Shown: positions 34,284 to 44,324 of the stretch, in pieces
Position numbering within the stretch: the first letter of the stretch is position 1
How the letters are laid out: each line of letters begins with the position of its first letter
Assembly: GCA_963769465.1 (NCBI GenBank)
Contig: CAVYMA010000019.1
Coordinates: 50,644 to 114,643 of the forward strand
Source: an uncultured Alphaproteobacteria bacterium
Lineage (GTDB): Bacteria; Pseudomonadota; Alphaproteobacteria; Geminicoccales; Geminicoccaceae
Direction of reading: 5' to 3'
DNA: 64,000 bases
Notes under the pieces: generated by a model
The model's database searches: none
Seen by the model: only the letters and a program-made list of their open reading frames with translations
What the model was told of the DNA's origin: nothing
Program-made: the position numbers and the translations under genes

Positions 34284-35822
34284 TCAGGGCAGGGGTCGGG
34301 CCTTGAGCACGAGGCGCCGCGACGGGTCGTGGGGCAGCAGCTCGCGGCGGATGCGCATGACCGGTCCCGCACCGCGGGTCCCCAGCCAGTCCTCCACCCG
34401 GATCTGACGCTGCTCGGCGAGCTCCTGGTTGTAGGCCAGGGCCCGGTCGGTCGGGAGCGTGCCAGCCACGTCGTCCACGGTCGCCTGCAGCGCCACTTCC
34501 CACTCGGCGTGCCCGGCCAGTGCTGCCATGACCGCCTGCAGCTGCGCTTCCGCCTGCGGGCCGAGCGCGCTGCTGTCGGGAGCGAACACCAGCTCGACGT
34601 GCTGCGGCACGATCGCCGCGGCCGATGCAGCGGGCCAAGGGGCCGAGGCGATCGCCTGCGATGCCGCCTCGGGCTCGGGACCGGCCTCGGGCTCGGCCGC
34701 GGTCGCCGATGTCGGCGCCAGCCCGGCGATGGCCCGGTCCGCCGGAACGTCGGCCGGCCGCTGCGGGGCGGTGACCGACCCGTCCGCCGCCCCGGCCATC
34801 GTGCTCCTCTCCACCGGCGGAGCGCCCGGGTCCAACGGCGATCCGGAGGGAAGCGATGCTGTCTGCAGTCGTCTGAGGGACGGCATCCACCCCGATCGTC
34901 TCGATCTCGTGCGTCGGGTGCGGCGCGGCTGGAGCGGCGACGGCCTCGGCCCTCGCCTCCACCGGCTCGCTCGCCCCAATCGCCACCGGGCCGGCACCCG
35001 CGCCGGCGGGCCGCGGGTCGTCGGACATGATCGCGGCGGCCACGATCCGGGGCATGGTCCCGCCGATGGTGCCGCCATGGATGGCGGCGTGGGCGGGCTG
35101 CAGCGGTCTCGGCACGTCGGCCGGGGACGGTGCGGCGGCGGTGGCGCTCCGCCTCGGCCGGTACCGCCGCGATCGGACGGCGCGGCCAGCTGCACCGGCT
35201 CGGTGGTGGCGGACGCGCCGGTGCGGTGGATTCCCGGCGCCGGCTCGTCGTCGGCCTCGCGCCGGGCGGCCATGGTCGGCGGCTGCGGCGTGCGGGCGGC
35301 CGCGGTCAGGGCCGCCGCGCCCGGCAGCGGCGTGCCGGCGCAGTCCTGGCCGGGGGCCTGGCTGAAGATCCACAAGGTCACCCGCGGCTCGCGGACGGCG
35401 AACTGGCGGTCCCAGGCGCTGCTCACGGCATCGCCCGGCAAGCCCGCCCGCTGCAGGCGGGCCCCGATCGCCTCGGCGCGCGCACGGGCCAGCCGATGGG
35501 CGGCCAGCGTGTCGCCTTCGGCATCCGCACCGGGCCGGACATGGCCGATCGCCTGGGCGAACAGGAAGCAGTCGGTGGCGATGGCGGCAACGAAGCCGTC
35601 CAGCGCTGCGGCGGTGGGCGCGTCCAGGGCGTCCTCGCCGGAAGGGAAGGGGATGGCGCGGGCGGTCGTCTCGGCGATCCGGCCGTCGCGGACGGCCATG
35701 GGCAGGGGCTGCTCGGTCAGCAGCGTGAGCCCTCCCGCGGCCTGGGCGGGCGGGCCTGCCGCCCATGCCAGGCAGGCGCCGAGCAGCAGCCGCTGCGATC
35801 GCCCTCGCGCCCACCATGTCAT
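34284..35822 (-). CDS. Secreted protein with two divergent OmpA-like domains and a Pro/Ala-rich linker
   Basis: Signal peptide; IPFPSGEDAL...HRLARARAEAI and LVFAPDSSAL...YNQELAEQR. Confidence 0.55.
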   Translation of the reverse strand: MTWWARGRSQRLLLGACLAWAAGPPAQAAGGLTLLTEQPLPMAVRDGRIAETTARAIPFPSGEDALDAPTAAALDGFVAAIATDCFLFAQAIGHVRPGADAEGDTLAAHRLARARAEAIGARLQRAGLPGDAVSSAWDRQFAVREPRVTLWIFSQAPGQDCAGTPLPGAAALTAAARTPQPPTMAARREADDEPAPGIHRTGASATTEPVQLAAPSDRGGTGRGGAPPPPHRPRPTCRDRCSPPTPPSMAAPSAGPCPGSWPPRSCPTTRGPPARVPARWRLGRASRWRRGPRPSPLQPRRTRRTRSRRSGWMPSLRRLQTASLPSGSPLDPGAPPVERSTMAGAADGSVTAPQRPADVPADRAIAGLAPTSATAAEPEAGPEPEAASQAIASAPWPAASAAAIVPQHVELVFAPDSSALGPQAEAQLQAVMAALAGHAEWEVALQATVDDVAGTLPTDRALAYNQELAEQRQIRVEDWLGTRGAGPVMRIRRELLPHDPSRRLVLKARPLP

Positions 35823-35872
35823 GGCACCGCCCTTCCGTTACCGGTTCGGGTGCCACTATCGGTGCGTGCTGG

Positions 35873-35888
35873 TTGCGTTCCGGTTAAC
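35873..35888. promoter_or_regulatory. CtrA-like site upstream of the tandem OmpA-like gene
   Basis: TTGC-GTTCCGG-TTAAC, one perfect half-site at N7 spacing. Confidence 0.4.
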
Positions 35889-35910
35889 GCACGGGGCCCG
35901 GGCGCCGCAC

Positions 35911-35940
35911 AAACGAAAAGCCCGCGCGGGGCGCGGGCTT
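35911..35940 (-). terminator. Rho-independent terminator after rpmG
   Basis: Minus strand AAGCCCGCGC-CCC-GCGCGGGCTT followed by TTCGTTT. Confidence 0.8.
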
Positions 35941-35965
35941 CGCCGGTGGCGTAAGGCGCGGCGGC

Positions 35966-36133
35966 CTACTTGATCTTGGCTTCCTTGAACTCGACGTGCT
36001 TGCGCACCTTGGGATCGTACTTGCGCAGCGCCAGCTTCTCGGTGGTCTTCCGGGGATTCTTCTTCGTGGTGTAGAAGAACCCGGTGCCCGCGGTGCTCAC
36101 GAGCTTGATCAGAACGGTGGCGGGCTTCGCCAT
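35966..36133 (-). CDS. rpmG: 50S ribosomal protein L33 (55 aa, not in the ORF track)
   Basis: [55 protein letters not shown]. Confidence 0.98.
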   Translation of the reverse strand: MAKPATVLIKLVSTAGTGFFYTTKKNPRKTTEKLALRKYDPKVRKHVEFKEAKIK

Positions 36134-36196
36134 GGAAGACTGTCCTCGAAGTCGGTCAGGGATCGGCCGCGCAACATAGGCCCGCGTGCCGGCGAG

Positions 36197-37369
36197 TCAA
36201 GGTCGGTGGCGGGCGGCCGCCGGCGTGCCGGCGCCGGCGAACAGGCCGGCCGCCAGCACGGCCATGGGCAGCACCAGCGTCAGCGGGAAGGCGGCCGTCC
36301 CGAACACATGCATGAGTGCGCCCGAATAGGGTGGCCCGGCGATGACGCCCAGCTGGAAGGTCATGACGAACGCGGTGTTGGCGCGGGTGAGGTCGGCACC
36401 GCGGAACCGCTCGCCGATCAGGGCCAGGGAAAGCGTGTAGAGGCCGCCCATCAGCCCGCCCAGCAGGACCAGGAGCGGCCAGAGCAGCGCCGGCACGGCC
36501 GCGACGGTCGGCACCAGCATCTGGCCGAGGAGGGCCAGCAGCGTGCAGCAGCCCATGACCAGGCGCCGCGACCAGCGGTCGGCGAGCCACCCCAAGGGGT
36601 ACTGGAACAGGATGTTGCCCGAGAGCCAGATGCTGAGCAGGCCGGCGGCCATGGCCTCGCTCATGCCGCGGTCCAGGGCGTAGACCGGCAGCAGCGCGAA
36701 CTGCGACGCCTCGAGCAGGGCGTAGACGAACACGCCGCCCAGGGCCACGGGTGCTACCTTCCAGGTGTCGACCAGCCGGTGCCCGCCCTCGCCGCCCTGC
36801 GGCGCCAGGCGGTGCTCCACCGGTGTCAGCAGCTGGACCGGCGCCAGGCAGGCGACGAACAGGGCAGCGGCGAGCAGGAACGGGGTCCAGCCCTCGCTGC
36901 CGGCCAGGGTCAGCACCAGCGGCCCGGCGACGAAGCCCAGGCTGAACAGGGTGGCGTAGACGCCCAGCACCCGGCCGCGGATCGCGTCGGGGGCGAGCGC
37001 GTTCACCGCCGCCTCGCTCAGCACGAACATCAAGGACGCGGCCATCCCGAACACCAGCCGCAGCCCGAACCAGACCCAGGGATCGACCCACAGCGGGAAC
37101 AGCAGCATGCACAGCGCGGTGACGGTGAGGCCGAGGCGGAAGCAGCCCACCACGCCGAGCCGCCGTACCAGCCACGGCACGAAGGGTGCCACCAGGAAGA
37201 TGCCGACGCCGCCCGCCGCGGTGTTGAGCCCGATGCCGAACGTGTCGACCCCGTGGCGCTCCAGCACCAGCGACAGCAGCGGGAAGGCCAAAGACAGCGT
37301 CATGCCGACCAGGGTGGCGGTCAGCATGACGGGCACCAGATCGCGCCACTCCGGCGGCAGGCGGCGCAT
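36197..37369 (-). CDS. MFS transporter (YcaD-like)
   Basis: Multiple TM helices, RGRVLGVYAT, QYPLGWLADRWSRR. Confidence 0.85.
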   Translation of the reverse strand: MRRLPPEWRDLVPVMLTATLVGMTLSLAFPLLSLVLERHGVDTFGIGLNTAAGGVGIFLVAPFVPWLVRRLGVVGCFRLGLTVTALCMLLFPLWVDPWVWFGLRLVFGMAASLMFVLSEAAVNALAPDAIRGRVLGVYATLFSLGFVAGPLVLTLAGSEGWTPFLLAAALFVACLAPVQLLTPVEHRLAPQGGEGGHRLVDTWKVAPVALGGVFVYALLEASQFALLPVYALDRGMSEAMAAGLLSIWLSGNILFQYPLGWLADRWSRRLVMGCCTLLALLGQMLVPTVAAVPALLWPLLVLLGGLMGGLYTLSLALIGERFRGADLTRANTAFVMTFQLGVIAGPPYSGALMHVFGTAAFPLTLVLPMAVLAAGLFAGAGTPAAARHRP

Positions 37370-37374
37370 GGGCG

Positions 37375-39627
37375 TCAGGAGCGGCGGCGGACGGGCCGTG
37401 CCGGCGGCCGGCCACGGCGCACCGGCCGGCGCGGGCCGCCCTTCTTCCAGGCCGCCTTTGCCAGGATCGCACCCCGGCCAGGCTCGTGGGCGTCGAGGCG
37501 GAACAGGAGGGTACCCTGCACCGGGTCGGCCTCGACCAGCTCGACCTTGACCCGGTCGCCCAGCGCGAAGGTCTCGCCGGTGCGCTGCCCCACCAGCGCC
37601 TGATGGCGCTCGTCGAGCTGGAAGGCGTCGTCGCCCAGGGTGGAGACCGGGACGAGGCCGTCGGCACCGGTCTCGTCCAGCGTCACGAACAGGCCGAAAT
37701 AGACCACGGTGGTGACCCGGGCCGGGAACACCGTCCCGACCCGGTCGGCGAGGAACAGGGCCATCAGCCGCTCGAAGGCGCGCCGCTCGGCCTCCATGGC
37801 CTTGCGCTCGGTGCGCGAGAGATGCTCGCCCAGGCTCGCCAGATGCGCCTCGCCGGCATTCTCCGACAGGCCGTCCGGCCCGAGCCCCAGCCGGCGGATC
37901 AGCGCGCGGTGGACGACGAGGTCGCTGTAGCGCCGGATCGGCGAGGTGAAGTGGGCGTAGCGCTTCAGGTTGAGCCCGAAATGGCCGATGTTCCTGGGGC
38001 TGTAGATCGCCTGGGCCTGGCTGCGCAGCACGAAGCTCGAGGCCATCTCGCGCAGATCGTGCTCGGCCAGGGCCTGGAGCAGCCGGGTGAAGTCGCCGGG
38101 CTGCTTGGCGGTGCGGCTCCAGGGCACGCCCAGATGCTCGAGGAACTGGGCCAGTGCTTCCAGCCGGCTGGGGTCCGGCTTGTCGTGCACCCGGTAGAGG
38201 CAGGGGACCACGGCCTCGGCGAGCTCGCTCGCGGCCGCGACGTTGGCCGCGATCATGAACTCCTCGATCAGCATGTGGCTGGCCAGCCGCTGCCGCCGCT
38301 CGATGCCGGTCGGGCGACCGTCCGGCCCGAAGGCGATCTTGCGCTCCGGCAGCTCGAGCTCGATCGTGCCGCGCTTGTGCCGGGCCTCCAGCAGGCGTTC
38401 GTAGGCCTTGAACAGCGGCTGGATCACCGGCTCCAGCAGGGGTGCGGTGCGCGCGTCGGCCTGCCCGTCGATCGCCGCCTGGACCTGGGTGTAGGTCAGC
38501 CGCGCCCGGCTGCGCATGAGGCCGCGGCAGAACCGCCAGCCGCGGATGGCGCCGCGCCGGTCGATGGTGATCCAGACCGCGAGGCAGGCCCGGTCCTCGT
38601 CCGGGCGCAGCGAGCACAGGTCGTTGGAGAGGGCCTCGGGCAGCATCGGGATGACGCGGTCGGGAAAGTAGACCGAGTTGCCGCGGTTGCGCGCCTCGCG
38701 GTCGAGCGCGTCGTTGGGGCGGACATAGTGGGCGACGTCCGCGATCGCCACCAGGAGCCGGTGGCCGCCCTCGTTCTCCGGTGCCGCATCCGGCTCGGCC
38801 CAGACCGCATCGTCGAAATCGCGCGCGTCCTCGCCGTCGATGGTGACCAGGGGAATGGCGCGCAGGTCCTCGCGCTTGCCCAGCGTCACCGGCCGGGCCT
38901 TGTCCGCCAGGGCCACGGCCTCCGGCGGGAAGGTGAGCGGCAGGCCGAGTGCCACGGCGGTCATCAGGGTCAGTGCGGCAGGCTCGTCGGGCCGGCCCAC
39001 CCGCTGCTTGACCACCGCGCGGCCCAGGCCCAGCCGCCGGTCGGGGTTGATCGAGGCCACCACGAGGTCGCCCGGCTGCGCGCCGGCCAGGTCGCGCTGG
39101 GCCACGACGAACTCGGCCCGCGCCTTGCGGTCGGCCGAGCGGATGCGCATCCCGTCGCGCGCCGCCTCGACGATGCCCGTGACCTCGCGCGGCTGGCGCG
39201 GCAGGACCCGGATCGGGCGCGCCTCCCAGCCGCCATCGGCGGCCGGCTGCAGCCGGGCCAGGACCCGGTCGCCGATGCCCGGTGCGGTGCCCTCCAGATT
39301 CTCGACCGGCAGCAGGATCTTGAGCTCGGGCTGCTCCGGCCAGGCGAGGATCAGGTCGCCCTCGGCGTCGATGGCGGTGACGTCGAGGACCGTGGTGCTC
39401 GGCGGCTCGCCGCGCTCGGCCGGCCGGGCCAGGCGCTTGCGGCGCCGCCCGCCGCCATCCTCGTCGGCAAGCTCGCGCAGGATGGCCTTGATCACCGCCC
39501 GATCGCCCTTGCCGCGGGTCAGTGCCTGCAGGATCTCGTTGCGGCCGGCGCCCGCACCCTCGCCCTCGAGGTAGCGCAGCACGTCGGCGCGGGTGGGGGG
39601 CGTGTGCGGCTGGCGGGGTCGTGCCAC
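37375..39627 (-). CDS. rnr: Ribonuclease R
   Basis: TIDGEDARDFDDA, LSNDLCSL, HFTSPIRRYSD, S1 domain, basic tail. Confidence 0.95.
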   Translation of the reverse strand: MARPRQPHTPPTRADVLRYLEGEGAGAGRNEILQALTRGKGDRAVIKAILRELADEDGGGRRRKRLARPAERGEPPSTTVLDVTAIDAEGDLILAWPEQPELKILLPVENLEGTAPGIGDRVLARLQPAADGGWEARPIRVLPRQPREVTGIVEAARDGMRIRSADRKARAEFVVAQRDLAGAQPGDLVVASINPDRRLGLGRAVVKQRVGRPDEPAALTLMTAVALGLPLTFPPEAVALADKARPVTLGKREDLRAIPLVTIDGEDARDFDDAVWAEPDAAPENEGGHRLLVAIADVAHYVRPNDALDREARNRGNSVYFPDRVIPMLPEALSNDLCSLRPDEDRACLAVWITIDRRGAIRGWRFCRGLMRSRARLTYTQVQAAIDGQADARTAPLLEPVIQPLFKAYERLLEARHKRGTIELELPERKIAFGPDGRPTGIERRQRLASHMLIEEFMIAANVAAASELAEAVVPCLYRVHDKPDPSRLEALAQFLEHLGVPWSRTAKQPGDFTRLLQALAEHDLREMASSFVLRSQAQAIYSPRNIGHFGLNLKRYAHFTSPIRRYSDLVVHRALIRRLGLGPDGLSENAGEAHLASLGEHLSRTERKAMEAERRAFERLMALFLADRVGTVFPARVTTVVYFGLFVTLDETGADGLVPVSTLGDDAFQLDERHQALVGQRTGETFALGDRVKVELVEADPVQGTLLFRLDAHEPGRGAILAKAAWKKGGPRRPVRRGRPPARPVRRRS

Positions 39628-39629
39628 GC

Positions 39630-42258
39630 TCAGGAGCGCTTCGCGGCCTTGGGAGCGGTCTTCTTCGCCGCGGGCTTGGCGGCGGTCTTCTTGGCGGCCG
39701 CCGGCTTGCCGCGGGCACCGCGCATCGGCCGGCCGCCGCCCTCGGCCAGCTTGACCTCCCGGTCGGCCAGGAGCTGCACGGCCTGGTCGAGCGTGATGGT
39801 CTCCGGGCTCAGCGCCTTGGGCAGGCTGGCGTTGACCTTGCCGTGCTTGACGTAGGGGCCGAAGCGCCCGGGCAGGAGCTGGACCGGCTCATTGTCCCGG
39901 GGGTGCAGGCCGAGCTCCTTGAGCGGTGCCGCGGGTGCGGCAGCACGCCTGCCCTTGGGGGGCTCGTTGAGCAGGGCGATCGCCCGGTTCATGCCGATGG
40001 TGAGCACGTCGTCGCCCGGCTCGAGGCGGACATACTTCTTCTCGAGCTGGACGAAGGGCCCGTAGCGGTTGATGCCGGCCATGATCGGCTGCCGGGTCTC
40101 GGGATCGCGGCCGACCTCGCGCGGCAGCTCGAGGAGCTTGAGCGCCACCGCCAGATCGAGGTCGTCCGGCAGCATGCCGGGCGGCAGGGAGCCGCGCTTG
40201 GCCTCCGCACCGGTGCCGCGCTGCACGTAGGGGCCGAACCGGCCGATCTTCAGCCACACCTCCTCGGCATTGGCCGGGTCGACCCCGAGCAGGCGGTCGG
40301 CGCTCTGGCCGCCGCCCTCCTTGGCCTCGCCGCCGATGGTGAAGGCGCGGGTGTAGTTGCAGTCCGGATAGCGCGAGCAGCCGACGAACGGGCCGAAGCC
40401 GCTGAGCTTGAGGCCAAGCCTGCCCTCCCCGCAGCGCGGGCACAGGCGCGGGTCGGTCTCGCCGTCGCCGGTGAACAGGAGCGGCCCCAGGGCGTGGTCG
40501 AGCGCGTCGATCACCTCGCGCTGGCGCTGCTCGCCGACCTCGGCCAGCCGGGCCGCGAACGGCACCCAGAACTCGCGCAGCACGTCCTTCCAGAACCGGC
40601 TGCCGCCGGCCACGTCGTCGAGCTGGTTCTCGAGCTGGGCGGTGAAGTCGTACTCGACCCAGTGGCCGAACTTCTCGACCAGGAAAGCGTTGACCAGCCA
40701 GCCCTTGTCCTCGGGCACGAAGCGCTTCTGCTCCAGGCGGACGTAGGAGCGGTTCTGCAGGACCGAGATGATGCTGGCGTAGGTGCTGGGCCGGCCGATG
40801 CCCAGCTCCTCCATCTTCTTGACCAGGCTCGCCTCGGAGTAGCGCGGCGGCGGCTCGGTGAAGTGCTGCTGCGGCGTGACCGAGCGCTGCTTGGTGGCAT
40901 CGCCCACCGCCAGCGGCGGCAGCACCGCACCGTCCTCGTCCTCCTCGCCGGTCGGGTCGTCGCGGCCTTCCTGGTAGAGCTTGAGGAAGCCGTCGAACGC
41001 CACGGTCTGGCCGGTGGCGCGCAGGCCCACCAGCCCGTCGGCCGAGCCGATGTCGGCGGTGACGCGGTCGAGCAGGGCCGCGGCCATCTGGCTGGCGACG
41101 GTCCGCTTCCAGATCAGGTCGTAGAGCCGGCGCTGGTCGTCGTCGAGCTGGCCGCGCAGCTCCGACGGCACGCGGAACAGGTCGGTCGGGCGGATCGCCT
41201 CGTGGGCTTCCTGCGCGTTCTTGGTCTTGGTCTTGTACTGGCGCGGCTTGTCGGGAAGGTAGGCCTCGCCGAAGCGCTGGCCGATCAGCCGGCGGCTGGC
41301 ACCCAGGGCCTCGCCCGAGAGCTGGACGCTGTCGGTGCGCATGTAGGTGATCAGGCCCACGGTCTCGCCGCCGATGTCCACGCCCTCGAACAGGCGCTGG
41401 GCGGTCTTCATGGTCCGGTCGGCGGAGAAGCCCAGCTTGCGCGAGGCCTCCTGCTGCAGGGTCGAGGTGCTGAAGGGCGGTGCCGGGTTGCGGCTGACCT
41501 GCTTCTTCTCGACCGTGTCGACGAACAGCGCGCGCGCCTCGATCTCGCGCACCGCCCGGCGGGCGGCCGTCTCGTCGCGCAGGGCGAACTTGTCCAGCCG
41601 CTTGCCGTCGAGCTGGGCGAGCCTGGCCTTGAAGGTCCGGCCCTGCGGCGTTTCCAGCAGTGCCTCGACCGTCCAGTATTCCTGCGCCCTGAAGGCGTGG
41701 ATCTCGGCCTCGCGCTCGCAGATCAGGCGCAGGGCCACCGACTGCACGCGGCCGGCCGACGGAGCCCGACTTGGGCAGCTTGCGCCACAGCACCGGCGAG
41801 AGCCGGAAGCCCACGAGATAGTCCAGCGCGCGCCGCGCCTGGTAGGCGTCGATCAGATGCTCGTCGAGGCTGCGGCCGTGGCGCATGGCCTCGAGCACGG
41901 CGGGCTTGGTGACCTCGTGGAAGACGACGCGCTCGACGTCCACGCCCTTGAGCGCCTTCTTCTGGGTCAGGATCTCCAGCAGATGCCAGGAGATCGCCTC
42001 GCCCTCGCGGTCGGGGTCGGTCGCCAGGATCAGGCGCCGCGCACCGTCCTTGATGGCGCGGGCGATCTCGTCGATGCGCTTCTTCTTCTCGTCGAGCGCC
42101 TCGTAGATGATCTTGAAGTCCTCGTCGGGCAGGACGGAGCCGTCCTTCTCCGGCAGGTCGCGGACATGGCCGAAGCTCGCCAGCACCTTGTAGCCGTCGC
42201 CGAGATACTTGTTGATGGTCTTGGCTTTGGTCGGCGACTCGACGATCACGACATCCAT
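39630..42258 (-). CDS. topA: DNA topoisomerase I (frameshift near 41760)
   Basis: VIVESPTKAK, LATDPDREGE, ITYMRTDS, EAHEAIRPT, GIGRPSTY. Confidence 0.97.
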
Positions 42259-42339
42259 GGGCCACGCAGCTCCGCTGGCGCGACCGGCCGGGCAATCAGC
42301 CCGCAGGCCCGCAATATCCTCCCACCGTCGCCACCCGCC

Positions 42340-43491
42340 TCAATCCGCGCGCAGGCAGACGCGATTTCCGGGCTGACGGTCGATGCGCCCCGCCAGCTCC
42401 AGTTCGAGCAGCGCGGCCTGTACGTCCGGCGCCGGTGCATCGCACTCACGGATCAGTTCGTCAACCGCGAGCGGCGAGGGCCCCAGGGCGGCCAGAAGCC
42501 GGTCCTGGATCGGCTCGGCCGGTGCTGGCCGCGCACTCGGCACCACCTCGCGCCGCCGGCGCGCTTCGGTCGGCAGGCGCGCCGAGCGCAGAGGTGGCGC
42601 CTCCTGCCGGCCGCGCAAGGGGGCGAGGATGGCCAGGATGTCGTCCGACCCTTCCACGAGATGGGCGCCGTCGCGCAGCAGCTGGTTGGTGCCGCGGTGG
42701 CGCGGGTCCTGCGGGCTGCCGGGCACGGCCATCACCTCGCGGCCATAGTCGAGTGCCAGCCGGGCCGTGATCAGCGAGCCCGAGGCCGGTGCCGCCTCGA
42801 CCACGACCACGCCCAGCGCCAGGCCCGCGATGATGCGGTTGCGCCGCGGGAAGTCCTTGGCCCGGGCATGGGCACCCAGCGGCCGCTCGCTGACCACGGC
42901 CCCCTCGGCCGCGATCCGCGCCATCAGACCGGCGTTCTCCGGCGGGTAGGCCACGTCCACCCCGGCCGCGATCACCGCCACGGTCGCCCCGCCGGCGGCC
43001 AGTGCACCCTCGTGCGCCGCGGTGTCGATGCCGCGGGCGAGGCCGGACACCACGACCAGCCCGGCATCCGCCAGCTCGCGGCCCAGCCGCCGGGCGAACG
43101 CGCAGCCATTGGCGCTGGCGTTGCGGGCGCCGACGATCGCGACCGCCGGCCGGTGAAGCAGGCCCGCGTCGCCGCGGACCGTGAGCGCGGCCGGGCTGTC
43201 GGCGAGATGGACGAGCTGGGCAGGATAGCCGCCCGTGGTCTTGGCCAGCACGGCCGCGTCCAGCGCCGCCAGGGCCTCGAGCTCGGCCAGGAGCGCACGG
43301 CGGTCGGGAACCCGCCGGGCGCTGCCGTCCGGTGCCGGGTGCTGGCGCAGCGCGCGCAGGGCCGCAGCCGTGGTGCCGTGCCGCTTGAGCAGCCCGGCGA
43401 AGGTGACCGGCCCCACGCCTTCGGCCCGGGCAAGCTGCAGGCAGGCCAGCAGTTCGTCGCGATCTTCGGCTCTCGGCACGGCCGCCCTCAT
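42340..43491 (-). CDS. dprA: DNA processing protein DprA
   Basis: AIVGARNAS, SGLARGID, FPRRNRII, SGSLITA; upstream of topA. Confidence 0.95.
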   Translation of the reverse strand: MRAAVPRAEDRDELLACLQLARAEGVGPVTFAGLLKRHGTTAAALRALRQHPAPDGSARRVPDRRALLAELEALAALDAAVLAKTTGGYPAQLVHLADSPAALTVRGDAGLLHRPAVAIVGARNASANGCAFARRLGRELADAGLVVVSGLARGIDTAAHEGALAAGGATVAVIAAGVDVAYPPENAGLMARIAAEGAVVSERPLGAHARAKDFPRRNRIIAGLALGVVVVEAAPASGSLITARLALDYGREVMAVPGSPQDPRHRGTNQLLRDGAHLVEGSDDILAILAPLRGRQEAPPLRSARLPTEARRRREVVPSARPAPAEPIQDRLLAALGPSPLAVDELIRECDAPAPDVQAALLELELAGRIDRQPGNRVCLRAD

Positions 43492-43567
43492 GCTGGACCC
43501 ATCGGATCATCTACTTATGGTTGAGTTATCGCCGCTCCGCCAGCGCGTAAGCATGCCGCAGGCCCGC

Positions 43568-43579
43568 TGCAATGCACAG
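43568..43579. promoter_or_regulatory. Possible PhaR operator upstream of the phasin
   Basis: TGCAATGCACAG, similar to the rhizobial TGCRNYGCASMA-type motif. Confidence 0.45.
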
Positions 43580-43640
43580 TAGGCATGGGGCAAAGCTCGC
43601 ACTACCATCCGTGGTCACACTCCAAGAGTGGGAGAGGACC

Positions 43641-44318
43641 GTGGCCGCCGAGAAGAAGTCGACCAGCCTGTTCGACCCGGAAGCGATGATGGAAGCGCAG
43701 AAGCGCAATTTCCAGGCACTCGCCCATGCCGGCAACATCGTGGCCGACGGCATGCGCTCCTATGCGGAGCGGCAGGTGGCGATGGTCCGCGAGTCCATGG
43801 GCCATCTGTGGAGCGAGCTGCAGTCGGCCGGCCAGAAGGCGCCGGCGGCACCGACCGACCATCTGGATCGGATGCGCGGCGCCTTCGAGAAGGTGGTGGC
43901 GCAGGTGCAGGAGCTGGGCCAGCACATGCTCGAGGTCCAGAGCCAGGCCATGGCGGTGCTCAACGAGTGCGCGACCAAGAACCTGGAGGTGCTGGGAACC
44001 ACGGCACCCGAGCTCGCGGCACTGCAGCAGAAGGCCAAGAGCGCCTTCGAGCAGGCCTCGCAGCAGACCAGTGCGGTCATCGAGGAGATGAAGCGGCGCA
44101 TGGCGTCGCTGGAGCACGAGACCCAGGCCGCGGCCGCCGCCACGGTACCGCCCGCCAAGCCTGCCGCCCCCAGGGCTGCTGCGCCCAAGCCAAAGGCCGA
44201 GCCCAAGCCGGAACCGGTCAAGGAGGCCGCCGCCGGCCCGGCCGTGACCGCAGCGGCGGCCAAGCCGAAGGCGACCCGCACCGCCAAGCCCAGGGCCGCC
44301 AAGCCCAAGCCCGGCTGA
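43641..44318 (+). CDS. Phasin family protein with Ala/Lys/Pro-rich C-terminal tail
   Basis: FDPEAMMEAQKRN..AL..A.....G......RQ phasin pattern; GAGAGGA RBS before GTG; AAKPK tail. Confidence 0.75.
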   Translation: MAAEKKSTSLFDPEAMMEAQKRNFQALAHAGNIVADGMRSYAERQVAMVRESMGHLWSELQSAGQKAPAAPTDHLDRMRGAFEKVVAQVQELGQHMLEVQSQAMAVLNECATKNLEVLGTTAPELAALQQKAKSAFEQASQQTSAVIEEMKRRMASLEHETQAAAAATVPPAKPAAPRAAAPKPKAEPKPEPVKEAAAGPAVTAAAAKPKATRTAKPRAAKPKPG

Positions 44319-44324
44319 GCCGGA

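Noticed and set aside
36197-39718. 1173-aa ORF ending in an MFS domain
   Set aside because: Off-frame read through rnr; the MFS starts at 37369
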